This document shows, one piece after another, positions 13,689-26,013 of a DNA stretch of 64,000 nucleotides. Within the stretch, counting starts at the first letter, position 1, and every line of letters starts with the position of its first letter. The notes under the pieces were generated by a model. The model made no database searches. It was not told the DNA's origin and saw only the letters and a list, made by a program, of their open reading frames with translations. The position numbers and the translations under genes were made by a program. Origin of the DNA: Saccostrea cucullata. Its lineage: Eukaryota. The DNA lies in contig NW_026930714.1 in the NCBI RefSeq assembly GCF_032062105.1, positions 1 through 64,000 on the forward strand, in the 5' to 3' direction.

Positions 13689-14549
13689 ATGTTTCACAGA
13701 CAACCTAAACGGGATAGCAACTCACCTGGCAAAAAGATGGTTCACAAACCTGTTCTGGATGGAAGATTCCGAGATCGACAAGACAGCTATATCGAAACTC
13801 GGCCACGTCTTCATTCTGATAACGAAGTCCCTGAAATTGAAACTTCTCATAACTTTCTTCTCCCGCTCACTAAACGTGACTTTTACACGAGAAAAGACAC
13901 TGCCCGAAAGAACCTTCTAGGATACCTTTACACCCGACAACCTGTTCTTCATCGCAGCTATTCTTTCGTGGCTGGGGAGAAACCAGTCAACGAACCAGGT
14001 CTTCCTAAAATCGCATCTTTTTCTCGAGAAAAGTCCAATTTCAACCTAAGTAGTTCAAAGAACAGAAGCTATGAAATTACCCATCATGAACTGGGCGTTG
14101 GTCAATCATCCAAAGTCGGGAAAGTAAGAGAATTTTTGAAATCCGGAAGTTCTAGATCAATCTGTAGTGTGAAAAAGGATAACGCGAGTCCTCAAAGATC
14201 CCGGACTAATAGCAACAAAATGACATTGCCGGAAATTATTGAGGATCTAAATAACAACGAGAAATATGCAAATGACGTTTACTCAGAAGAAGAGTCGTTC
14301 GACAGACCTCGAGGTAGTGATCATGTGATAACTTTTGTGCCATCTAGGCTCATAGGGAACGAGCCAAAAGTCTATCCATCCAGACATAGACCCATTACGC
14401 CAAATTTATTGAAAAAACTAGATAAATTAAAGATTCCTAATCGAATACGAACCCAGGATTGGGTAAAGGTGTTACCATCAGACACTAGAGCATATATTGG
14501 AGAATCTCGAATTAATGCACAATATGTTCCAGAGGATATAGACGAATAG
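13689..14549 (+). CDS. Uncharacterised 286-aa basic, Ser/Arg-rich, probably disordered protein (single coding exon)
   Basis: 861-bp ORF in AT-rich DNA with an in-frame TAG just upstream of the ATG. Acceptor TAATTTTAG at 13561-13569 implies a spliced 5' UTR. No recognisable domain. Confidence 0.7.
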   Translation: MFHRQPKRDSNSPGKKMVHKPVLDGRFRDRQDSYIETRPRLHSDNEVPEIETSHNFLLPLTKRDFYTRKDTARKNLLGYLYTRQPVLHRSYSFVAGEKPVNEPGLPKIASFSREKSNFNLSSSKNRSYEITHHELGVGQSSKVGKVREFLKSGSSRSICSVKKDNASPQRSRTNSNKMTLPEIIEDLNNNEKYANDVYSEEESFDRPRGSDHVITFVPSRLIGNEPKVYPSRHRPITPNLLKKLDKLKIPNRIRTQDWVKVLPSDTRAYIGESRINAQYVPEDIDE

Positions 14550-14944
14550 TAATGGCGGTCTGGATGCACTATTTGTTTTTATCAAGTTTTTTATTGACAT
14601 TTTCATGATAAGATTTTTTATAAATTAAACCTTCAGCTCTTTGATGAAGAATTTCAAAAATTAACGAATCAATAACTGGCATAAATTCAAATTAATATTT
14701 ATGACTTCCATCTATTGCTCTACAAAAAAACAGATTATAAAAATGGTAGATATTACATGCTTTTATGTTAGGATTATGCTTTCAGACATTTTATAACATA
14801 CTTCCTTTACAGAATTGATAAAAAGGGGGTGATTGAAAAGTGTATCTAAAATTTACTATCTCTAAACTTGATCCTTATTTGTATTGTCATGTGTCGGAGA
14901 GAACTGTATTATAATTGTTTATGCATGGTTAAATATAATGAAAC

Positions 14945-15575
14945 TGTTATTAGCAGACCTATTTTTGTACTTATATAAAGGAGAATTTGTCAAAATCTAA
15001 TACGTGAAAAGAAGAAAACACTTCCTGTGGCCTTCCATTCGATCGACTTTTAGATATATCGACGAGGTATTGTCAATTAACAATTGTTATTTCCATTCTT
15101 ATGTCGATACTATATATCCCGGAGAGCTTGATATAAAAGATACCACAGAGTCTGACATATATGCTTCCTATTTGGATATTTTACTCGAATAAGTAAACAA
15201 CTTCCCTTACATATGCATCAATAGACCTTCATCATCTGCATATGGAGTTTATATCTCTCAGTTTATTCGATACGCAAGAGCATGCACTATGTATGACTGT
15301 ACAATTTCTAAAAGCGAGGAAAATTATTGATAAACGAGTTGACATAACAAGAGTATCAGCAGTGTTGTTTAAAGTCACTATTTTGTTAAGTTCTATGGTT
15401 GCAAAGGACTTGTCAGCAAATACAATCTATCATTAAGTCGAAAAATAACTGACGTTTTTCATACTAATTGTTAGTCCATTATTTACAAACTGAATTGACG
15501 ACGGATTTTTCCGTTATTTCCCGATCATGACAAGGAGCTCACAGCGGATCTTGAATACTGTTCGTTATCTCCATA
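14945..15575 (+). mobile_element. Degenerate Penelope-like RT fragment
   Basis: STFRYIDEVLSINN..YVDTIYPGELDIKDTTES..ASYLDI motif; 3' end matches the other copies. Confidence 0.85.
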
Positions 15576-16389
15576 ATTCATTACTTTCAATCTTGATCAA
15601 AATTTACGGTATGATCTTTTGAAAAAACAAGACTTTGTAAATATATTTTTTTTATCCTCATCAGACTCTGTTGCTTGAATATACTCTATCTAATACTTAT
15701 TACACATTATGCATGCAATATGCCACCTTGTTGAATCAAGAGGTGCTTATAAATTTCAATTTCAACACAAAAAATGGCTGTCCGTATTTCTGATATGAAA
15801 AACTTAATGATACGAAAAAAAAATCTTGCATTGACTTCCTGATGAATATTTAACGCATGAATTTCTCGGCTCATTTGTTTAAAATAGTGAATACTTAATG
15901 AATTAGCTGTCATGATATGGTTCCAGTATATATAGAATTTCTAGCCTGTTTCTGTATAAACTTTCATCCTGTTTGTTTGCTCAATATCGATTATGGAATT
16001 TGTTACAGATATCCGTAACATTGATCCTTTCCGCTCTATACTGTTTAGTACATGAATGTATCTTGATACGTATTCAACCTCGAGACATAACAGATATGTG
16101 AATAGGTTTAGAAATACAATGATGAGATAAAATCTGAATATAAAATTGTTGAAAATAATTACAGGATACAAATATACCGTTAAAGTTTTGAAATCTAAGG
16201 TTTGAATGAAAATTACACGTGTTTATTTTGGGTGTAAAAATGTTTGACTGAAAATTTCATTCCACCTGCTAAAATTGGGTGTACATCTGAAGTTTGGTGG
16301 CGCTCTTCAAATTGAATCCATTGATGACATTTTTTGTCAGCGCTTCGAACTATACTTAGTATTCTTACTGATCAGTTATGAAATATATG

Positions 16390-16690
16390 GATATAATGAA
16401 CAGAATGGGAGCAGAGCAAACACGAAGCTCTAAAACATCAGATGTGGAATCAGGTCAGGTCCCATGATAATGGAGAAGTGAGCAGTCACATCTACTATGG
16501 GCTCTTTGTCATGATGGGGAAATAACGGTAAAAATCGTCGACAACTGAAATGTTTAAATAATGGCCTAACAATAAGTATAAAAAACATACGACATGCAGT
16601 CAGTATGCAACTTAATGACAGCTTATATTTGCTAACTATGTCATTGTATCGACCATAAAAATGACAATTTTTAACGAGACTATGGTTTTT
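16390..16690 (-). mobile_element. Penelope-like 3' fragment
   Basis: Reverse complement of the family 3' segment (ggagcagagcaaacacg...). Confidence 0.6.
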
Positions 16691-16842
16691 CTTGTTTCAT
16701 CAATTTGTAATATATGCATTTACTACACTTCATTTGGATCGAAGAGTCATAAACATAGAGAAACTGAAAATATGGAAAATTGAAAAAAAACAACAAATTT
16801 TTCAACCGATGATGCTTGCATGCAGGCTTCATGAAAGAAATA

Positions 16843-17024
16843 CTGTAAATCACTTTTTATTCGCGAGAACTTTATTTTCGCGTAATAGTAATTCTCGCGT
16901 ATAATAGTATTCATTAAGATTATATAGAGCAATAACCACAATTCGCGAAACTTTTGTCTCGCTAATCAGGAGTCAATGACTGTCTCGAGAAAATAAGGTG
17001 TCGCGAAAATTAAGTGATCTACAG
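16843..17024. mobile_element. Short Tc1/mariner-like MITE
   Basis: Imperfect TIRs CTGTAAATCACTT../..AAGTGATCTACAG flanked by TA; internal TTCGCG/CGCGAA repeats. Confidence 0.75.
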
Positions 17025-17449
17025 TATTTTATTACATTTTTATTTCCTTCAAACATTAATCAATAAATAATCAATCGTTTTCTCAATAACTCTTAAATAA
17101 GAAAAACCATTTACGGACTATTAAGAATATTGTTTAAAAATGACTTTTAAATGAATTTAATTTGTTTAAACAAAATTTTTATGACGAAATAAATTCGTTA
17201 TCACAAACTCGAAAATTTTTTTAATGTATATCGAATTAAATTCGTTTTGAAAAAATCGATAATTGATTATTTCGAATTTTAAAATATTTTTAAGTAGTCT
17301 TAAAGGGCTACCATAGTCAATGAAGAGGAACATAGCTGTTTTTATTTCTTATAGAGACCGTTGTACGTTTTCATTTCACAAACATTTCACCATTTTATTT
17401 AGCTTTTTCCTTTATAATTTGAATACACGTGCACTTATTTAGCATGATA

Positions 17450-17985
17450 CATATGGAGATAACTAAAGGTATGCAACACCAAAAGTCATAAAATAATACA
17501 AAATAGGAGCATGCAGAGCAAACACGGACCTCCATCAGAAGTGGGATCAGGTGCCATGGACGAGTGTGCATCCCCTGCCGACCGTCACACTCACCGTGTG
17601 CTCCTGGTCATGATCGGGAAATAACGGAAAAATCCGTCAATTCAGTGTATAAATAATGGACTTACAATTAGTATGAAAAACGTCATTCAGCATTTGACTC
17701 AATGATAGATTGTATTTGCTGACAACTCAGTATATAAATAATGGACTAACAATTAGTATGAAAAACGTCTGTCAGCATTTGTCTAAATGATAAATTGTAT
17801 TTGCTGACAAGGTCATTGCATTGACCATAGAACTTTCGAAATTATGACTTTAAACGAGACTGCTGATATTCTTGTTTGTCAATCATTTACCTCATTTTAG
17901 AATTGTTCATAGTACGAAGAGCATGCTCTTGCGCATCGAATCACCTGAGATATATAAACTCCGTATGCAGGTGATGGAGGTACGT
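17450..17985 (-). mobile_element. Penelope-like 3' fragment with an internal ~85-bp duplication
   Basis: Reverse complement of 10020-10500; 17642-17725 is repeated at 17727-17810. Confidence 0.85.
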
Positions 17986-18479
17986 TTTACTGGTTGCGAA
18001 AACCAAAGAAATTTATTTTTTCTGTACCATTCTTAAGTTTTCTTACTAGGTTGTGTTTCAGCATTTGATTCAAGGTTCGTTGAAATTTCTGCTATTGTTA
18101 ACAAAATAAAGTAAGAATATCTGCCAGTTAATTTTTGATCCACTGTTGTTAAAACATATTCGAATAATATTTTTGCAAAATTACAAAATGCCACTCATCT
18201 CATCTTGTAAAAATGATAAAAGGAATAGTTTAATTCAGAAAATTACCAAAATTGATGTATAAGAGATATAAAAATATCATATTTTATAATCATGTAAAGA
18301 ACTGGATTCAGTAACAATAAATATAAACTAGAGATACTGTGTACACTGAGCTCACTAAATGATGCCCCCACCTCCTGTATGAATATAATGGCAAAGTCCA
18401 TGTTTTGCTCTGGGAGACCCGAAATAAGTGTCAGATAAAAACGTAAAAAATGAAGTGCACATTGGCATTCTGTAATCAA

Positions 18480-18845
18480 GAACCTGTAAAAGTATTATTA
18501 AATTTTATTTAATGATATAGGAAGAGTTGTGGATAAGAGATGGGTACCCTTCAATATAATAGAAAGAATGTCAGTGTCGATTTTTGCTACGGTTAACCTA
18601 CAATATGTGTCCAATCAAAAAGTAAAATAGGAGAAGAACAATGGCACTATGTAATAAAGATTTTGTGAAAGTCTCATTAAACTTTATTCAGTGTTTTGAT
18701 AGGAGTTGTGGATTATAGAAATGGGTACCCCCAAAGCGTAACAGACGGACGGACAAATAGACAGATGAACGTAAAGACGGGCAGACGAACATTTCGATCA
18801 CTATATACCCTCCCACTTTTCAAGCGGGGGTGGGGGTATAATGAT
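18480..18845. mobile_element. Helentron/HINE-like non-autonomous element end
   Basis: (GACG/GACA)n microsatellite and terminal hairpin CCCACTTTCAAGCGGGG. The same family occurs inverted at 51555-51870. Confidence 0.6.
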
Positions 18846-19097
18846 ATGCATGAAGAACAATAGTAGACCGCCTATCGGCACGATAACGTCCAACAAATTA
18901 GGTTACTATTGATAATCTGTATCTCCTGATTGAAAATACATGAATCGGTCGATCTCTATACCCCAACAGCAACCGGCTTAGATCATAGAAATAATATCCG
19001 TGCAGAAAAACAAAATAAAGTAATAATATATCTTCATAATAGAAAATACTAGTATCTGTGAAGTGTTATATAGAGCACTCAGCAAAAAAATATTTTA

Positions 19098-21760
19098 TCA
19101 CATGGTATACCCGGCACTGGGTGGATAAGCTGGATTGATGCCGCCGCCAACAGTCTGGGGATATTGCGGGGGAGGATATTGTGAGTATCCCTGGGGCTGT
19201 TGATACATTGGAGGAGGTGGGGCATGACTGTAGCCCGGGGGTGGTGGAGGGTAAGCCGGCACTGGTGGGCCTGTGTACTGGTTTTGTGTGTTGGAGTGCA
19301 CTGAGGAAAACAAAAAATATTAATTTTTAAATTGCAGAACAGTCCAAGATTAGAAAGAAATTCATATTTCAGATAAACTTGCATGTTTATCTATCAATGA
19401 AATTTTTAAGTGAAATTCATATTTCAGCAATTGTAAGCAACAGTTTTGACACCTTGTATTATCTTATTACAATGTATTAAGACACATATAATAATTTCCA
19501 TTTTATCCGTTGTGACACAGGTAATGTCAAGATTACTTATCTTGATTAAGCTTATCTTGTAGTTTATAGCTTAATATATATATATATATATATAGTTGTA
19601 ACATATGTGGTAATTTTGAGCAACTCTGAAAAGTTAGAACTTATTGTAGCACCTGTCGTTATTGGGAGCTTACCGATTGTGACACCTGTGGTATTGAGCT
19701 TACCGGTTGTGACACCTGTGGTTACTGTGAGCTTACCGATTGTGACACCTGTGTTATTGGGCTTACCTATTGTGACACCTGTGTTATTGAGCTTACCGAT
19801 TGTGACACCTGTCGTCATTGTGAGCTTACCGATTGTGACACCTGTGGTATTATTATGAAACGGCGCAATAATGGCTCCTCTGGATCTTTTCTTCTTCATG
19901 ACGACACACACCACGACCGCCGCAATCACCGCTAAACACACCAGGGCCCCCACCACAGCCCCAGCTATCGTGCCACCACTGTAAGGTCAAGGTGAATAAT
20001 ATACTGTATAAAGCTAGGGATAGGAGCAAGTGAAAAAAATACAAAATACATAGAGAAAAGAGGTGCAAATATACTTCAAAGTTAAGACGTTAAAATTATA
20101 TTAAGATTCCTATATTGTAAATCTCTTTAACTGCTGTAATTATAAAGTACTTTAATTAGCACTTTGATATCACGCGTCTTGCTCTATGTAGCACCGCTAG
20201 CCGTTATGTTTAGATCTCTACAACTGTTACAGTATATAGTGATCTTCAGCATTTTGATGCAACAGTTATTGGCCTGATTCTTAAGCACCACTAGCGGTTA
20301 TATTTAGATCTTTATAATCGAATATAGCGCTCTTTAGCCGATTGATGTAGCAGTTACTCGCCTAATTCTATGGCAATACTAACGTATATCTTAAGATTTC
20401 TAAAGGTTTTATAGAGTACTTTTAACAGTATTATATTACCAGCCTGGTTATAATTTTAACAACTCTAGCGGATATATTTAGATTTCTATAGCTACTTGTA
20501 TTATTATAGAGTACTTAACAGAATGTTACTCACCTAATTCTATAGCAACCCTATCGATTATTCAGATCTTTATGTCTATTTTACAGAGTACATTAGCAGT
20601 ATGATGAAACACAGCTGGTTTTATCGCAACACAAGCAGTTATATAAAGATCTCTATTGCTATTTGTAAACAACACTATCAGTTATATTTAGATTTCTATA
20701 GCTATTATTATAGAGTATACGTTAGCAGTATGATGTTACTCGCCTGGTTCTATAGCAACACTAGCGTTTATATAAAGATCTCTATTGTTATTTTTACACT
20801 TATTAAGTAGTATAATGTTACTCGCCTGGTTCTATAGCAGCAGTATCGATTATAATAAGTTCCACAGCAGGAGGAGTAGCAGTATTTTCTACCATAAGTA
20901 GAATAAGAGTAGTAGTATTTCTTAAAATAGCATGTCTCACCGGCCAGCACATCTAGTAGAAGAGATTAGAAATCATTGCTTTAATTCATAATGCTTAAAA
21001 CCTTTTATCACCAATACTGTTCAAACGATCTGAAAACTTAAAACGGATTTGTTAGTGGTTGATTGATAAATTGTTCAAGTGTTGCTTTATACGTCCGAAA
21101 CGAACATCTTTCACTCATGTAGAGACGTCATCTTAGTGACTTTTCAGTGGTCCTTCAGTCACTGAATGGATGGTGTATGGAACGCCATCACTGCCTTATA
21201 GCATACAACTATGCATTTATTACGTCAATTTATCATTACGTGATGTGAACATATCTTTACGTTATGTCCATTTTTTATGAGATGATGTAAATATATCTTA
21301 ACATCATGTCAATTTTTTCATTATGTCAGCACTTCATAACTTGAAGTAAAAAATTCATTATGTGAAGTGATAATTTGTTTACATTGTTTTAAAACTTTAT
21401 TACGTGGAATGAATGTTTCTTTGCATCATTTCATTTCCTTAATATGAGAGTCAAAATTGCATTACGTCAAGTAAATTGTGTTTTATTGTTAAAGTGGTTC
21501 ATCACATGATCAAAAGCCCATTGTTGTGTATATTTCTATTATATCAAAGTATTATTCACGTGATATGGATTTATCTTCATATTCGAGTGACATTTTCAGG
21601 TGAACACATACCTTTAGTGCTTTATTACTGTAAAAAGTGGTAACATAATGTGAACATATCCTATTCAGTTACCACTTTAGACATTATTCTGCGGTCACAT
21701 TTCATTGGATATATTATAAACTTATGCCGTCACTCTTTCTTATGTGATTTAAAAATTCAT

Positions 21761-21799
<39 letters not shown>

Positions 21800-24700
21800 T
21801 GCAAATTCGATAAAATTATTCGCATCTTTGTGTTTAATATAACATAATTTTTAGATGAATTTTAAACTTCATCGAGGTAAAGTTATGTTTAAAAAATTAC
21901 AGGCACATAATATCAACCCCCGTCGCCAGACATAAACAGAAAATGTAATGTTCAATGAAATTACAGCCCCCCCCCCCGAAAGTTCTTGTAAATAACATAG
22001 AATATAAAAAATATATACGTGGAAAAAAAGAGATTTACCGGTATACACGGCCATGCCCCTGGAAACAACAAGTGAACTAGGGATAGACATTTTTTGATTG
22101 GCTTGTTTAGTTTTTTGTAAATGATTTTTTTTTACTGGCTGACCTCCTCTTTCAAAAAAATGAATTTAATATCACTATAATGATGAAATCGTGAAATAAA
22201 ATCTTTGTTAAGAATATGTCAATTATTTGATAAACTGATAAACTAGTTAGTGAAAGTTAGTAAAAACGCCACTGAAATGTATTTATAAATGTATTTCCCA
22301 CTGAATGGTAATGGAACGATCACAGGAAAGGAACTCTTCAGTGCTTTATAGACCAAAAAGTTTTCAACTTAATTCAGCTAAACTTAATGTGAAACTAATT
22401 TTATCCTGTTTAGACTTTTATAATAAAAGAAAAAAATATTCAAAATAAAAGTCATGTGAATAATATTTGATTTATTCAATTATCAGATTAAAAAAATGAT
22501 TTTTTTTTACATTTACTTTAATTCACAGTCAGTGTTAAGGCTTTGCATGTTTCAAGACAATCATTTGTTTAAAGTTTTCATTTATACAATCCATTACGAC
22601 AGTTTTCTCTCTCGCCATTTTAGTGCTTGCGGAAGGAAAATACGTTATGCTCATATAAAGGCCAGGAGACAGCTTCTTCATAACGTAATAGTGAATCGAC
22701 ATAATGTAGAAGAGTTTTCACATATTGTGAGTGGTCATCAACAAAATAACTTTGTTAAAATAACTCACTCTGATTCGTAAGTTCCATGCAGGTAATATTG
22801 AAAGGTTGCTTAAATTCCTCATTTACAACATTTATGTAGTGTGGGTTAATGTCATAAAGAGTTGACAAACTGTAAGGGAAGGTTGGCACTAATTGCAATA
22901 GTAGGGTGGGTAACATTCAAAAACCTCTTCATGAGAAGAATTGAACAGTTGAAGTTACAGGGATTTTACAACCCCGTTAAAAGTTATCATACTAAACTCT
23001 ATGGCCAGTCTAATAATCTTATTAGAAAATATAACCTATCACTGGGTCGTAATTTGGCTTACTTGTTTCATACCAATTGTTAAGCCTTTGTCTTTATACT
23101 AATGTTGACTAAGGAATGATCCATCTACCTGACCAATACATAGGAAGCACATTGGTTGTGACCAGTCAACAGGGGATGCTTACTCCTCCTAGGCACCTCA
23201 TCCGATCTCTGGAATTTCTGTGGTTCTTGTAAATGCGTTGTTCACAGAATGTTATTGTATATAGTTTTTATGAGATCAATTTCCATTCGTTATCTACACC
23301 TGTTCCATTGAGAATTAGCTAAAACAAGGCATTTGACTTATACAAGTATGTTGATTCAGTTCTATTTTTCATGCTACAAATACAGCTAAAAATGTATCAA
23401 ATTTGTATTTAAAAACACATTGAAATATTTTTCTTTAATCATTAAAGAATCCAAGATTATGGGATGATAATGCAACACAAATCTAATCATTAAAAAATGA
23501 TTAACGTAATAATACAAAATGAACGAATATTTAACCATTCCGGGCAAGAGTGTACCTGACTGTTTACAATATAAAACGAAACGTATACGTGGCATGTAAG
23601 AAGCAAAACAAATTGCACCTTGCAAGTGATCTAGTAGAACATTTTTGTTTGCTTGCTTTTTTACTGCAGCTACAAAATTTTCCACTTAAATACAAGAAGA
23701 CAGTAAAAGTTCAAAGGCCAAGATTAACGGCGAAAAATCCAAGATAAAAGTTGGAAAAGTTGGAATTATCAACTTTAAACTTGAAATTATCAATTTTAAA
23801 CTTGAAAAGGCGAAGATTAAAGTTGAAGAATCAAACATTAAAGTTAGAATAACTAACGTCTTATAGTTGACGTTTCCAACTTTAAAATTATTACATGCTA
23901 CTTATACGTTCTGTACATGTGGTACCATGAATTTGCCGAAGGCAACCTTCAGAGCTAAAGAAAATATGCATTATGTGTCTTTGAAGGTTATAAACAGTCT
24001 AAAGAAGGGTAAACAGAGTGGTTTGGGATAGGATATGTTGACCGTGTGTATCGACCCAAGTAGCTTATTGTATGTACCTCCTCAAAAAAATATATCCAGT
24101 TATGAAAATTGTCTGAAATGCATCTTTTCTTAGATATAAAATACTATCGACTTAAATCAGCGAAAATTAACCTACAATCTGTAGCTAGTATATCTAATTC
24201 CGGTTTTTTAACAAAATGGCCGCCACTTCACAAAAGAATCAATCAATATATACGGACGAGTAAGTTCTCTTGCCTGTCGTCTATAGAACAACAAAGTACA
24301 TGTATGTATCGTATGAATCTTATTTGTCAATGGAGAGAAAACAGTTTAAGAATGAAAAAAAGTTTCTTGCATTTTCTTTAGGTGTAATTTCAATTATAAC
24401 TCTTTTCGTTTTCTCTATATATCTGCTCACCACAGGGAAATTTTAGGAACTTTGAGATGGATTAAACTGAAGTGAAAGTGCTCATGTGGGACAGATAATA
24501 AACTTAGCTTAAGACCAACAAAAAATCTCTTACTAACAATTCTTTTCGTCTTTCTAAATAATAAAGATACAGTACCAAAAAAAAAAGGCTTTGTAATTTT
24601 CCTTTAATGAGAAACACATTTCTAACCTTATACATCATAGTACATGTATAATGTGTGTTTCATTAACCACAGTGGTACACGTAGACGGAAAAAAATCAAT

Positions 24701-24838
24701 GCGGAAGGAATCTAACATTAATCAGTACTTTACATGTACATCACTGAAACAATTGAATGCAATATCTCAATCTGAAATATGAAAATATTACTTACATTCC
24801 ACGAAGGTCACAGCAATTAAAATGAGAAAATTATCCAT
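19098..24838 (-). CDS. CYYR1/Shisa-like type I membrane protein, 173 aa, 4 exons (24838-24796, 20952-20826, 19978-19830, 19300-19098)
   Basis: Signal peptide MDNFLILIAVTFVEYVLA; Cys/Tyr-rich ectodomain (C..C...CC......CC); TM GTIAGAVVGALVCLAVIAAVVVCVVM followed by KKKR; Pro/Tyr/Gln-rich tail. Intron phases 1,2,1 are consistent if intron 2 uses a GC donor. Confidence 0.85.
19640..19850 (-). repeat. Tandem 30/33-bp repeat spanning the exon 3 donor (~6.5 units)
   Basis: The unit GAGCTTACCGATTGTGACACCTGT(G/C).. recurs; on the minus strand each full unit carries G|GTAAGC. Confidence 0.95.
20175..20845. repeat. Degenerate ~80-88-bp tandem repeat overlapping the exon 2 donor
   Basis: Recurring GTTACTC(G/A)CCT(GG/AA)TTCTATAGCAAC.CTAGC..TTATATTTAGATCTCTA motif. 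Confidence 0.8.
21215..21590. repeat. Degenerate short-period tandem repeat (ttacgtca/tcattacgtga motif)
   Basis: Recurring TCATTACGTG/TTACGTCAA-like words about every 20-40 bp. Confidence 0.5.
22860..23310 (+). mobile_element. Diverged Penelope-like 3' fragment
   Basis: ORF end ..KLYGQSNNLIRKYNLSLG..FHTNC* followed by GTGACCAGTCAACAGGGGATGCTTACTCCTCC. Confidence 0.7.
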
Positions 24839-25120
24839 TTTCGATCAATCATGAATGCAACTGAGTTACAAAATACATAAAATAATTCTATTCATTGATC
24901 TCTGTTGCTATGTGATACTGATTCTGTGACGTTTAAAGGTAAACGCATTGATTAATTCTCACAGCGGATTAGGTATGAAAATCGAACATGTATAGAATTG
25001 CGTGTCTTAATTGACTCCATCATTTCTCTTATTTAAAATTCTATATATTGTTTCATCAACTGAAGTTGAAAATAAAATTAATTTTTAACACCATCTGTAT
25101 TTAGCAAATATGTACTATTT

Positions 25121-25123
<3 letters not shown>

Positions 25124-25171
<48 letters not shown>
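25124..25171. repeat. (TA)n microsatellite
   Basis: Direct observation. Similar tracts at 21763-21795, 54409-54443 and 57363-57426. Confidence 0.95.
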
Positions 25172-25177
<6 letters not shown>

Positions 25178-26013
25178 TATTAAAGGAGGATGTTTTTTTT
25201 ATGGATCGCCAATTATTTTGTGCTTATCATGATACATAGGTATAACTAATTAAATATGAAAAAACCACGGGAATGAATGTTGGAGTGGGAGAGGGGTTCT
25301 AAAGTATCTGTGTTTGCTCTCTACAGAAAACCGCAGAAGTAATAACAAATCAGGTTATTCCTTGGTGTAAAAGCTTAGGGATATTATTGCATGAACCCTG
25401 TCGTCCACACAGAAAATGTATTTCGTAAAAGAGAGGTGACTAGTTTGCTATTGGACAATGACTACTCTGCTCTAGAACTAAAACTTGCCCTAAAGACAGT
25501 ATGCCCTTCTCAAATAAGAACAGACTTTAAATTAGCAAAACTCACAACTTATCAAATAAAGTTACAGAAATTCTTGAGTTTGTATTCGTTAAGGGCATAT
25601 AATATGCCCTTCTCAAAAAAAACAGACTTTAAATTGGCAGAAATGTTCACAAATAAAGAACTTATACAAGAAACTTAGTATACAGAAATTAACTGTGAAA
25701 TCACAGTTTGTATTCGTTGTTTTAAGGGCATATAATTCAAGAAATGCAAAATATTACATATATTCTCAACAATTTCATGAATTTAAATATGCACCAAGAG
25801 TATCATTTGACCCCACGAAAATATGTGATTTTACATGCTTACGATAAAAACTTGTTCGAAAATAAGAAAAGAAGGGAAAGGAGCGTAAAGATAAAGAACA
25901 TAAAGTAAGTCTGCAAATGATAATTTTTTTAAGAAAAATCAAATGTTTATTGATAGTCAGAAAATGATGCTACGGTTTCCTTTAACATAATTATTCAGTA
26001 TACATGTATATAA

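Noticed and set aside
19640-19850. CRISPR-like appearance of regular short repeats (also 47190-47355 and 45020-45180)
   Set aside because: Eukaryotic context, no unique spacers and no cas genes; these are tandem or subterminal repeats.
19607-19858. Plus-strand repetitive ORF (LPIVTPVV repeats)
   Set aside because: Antisense shadow of the 30/33-bp donor repeat.
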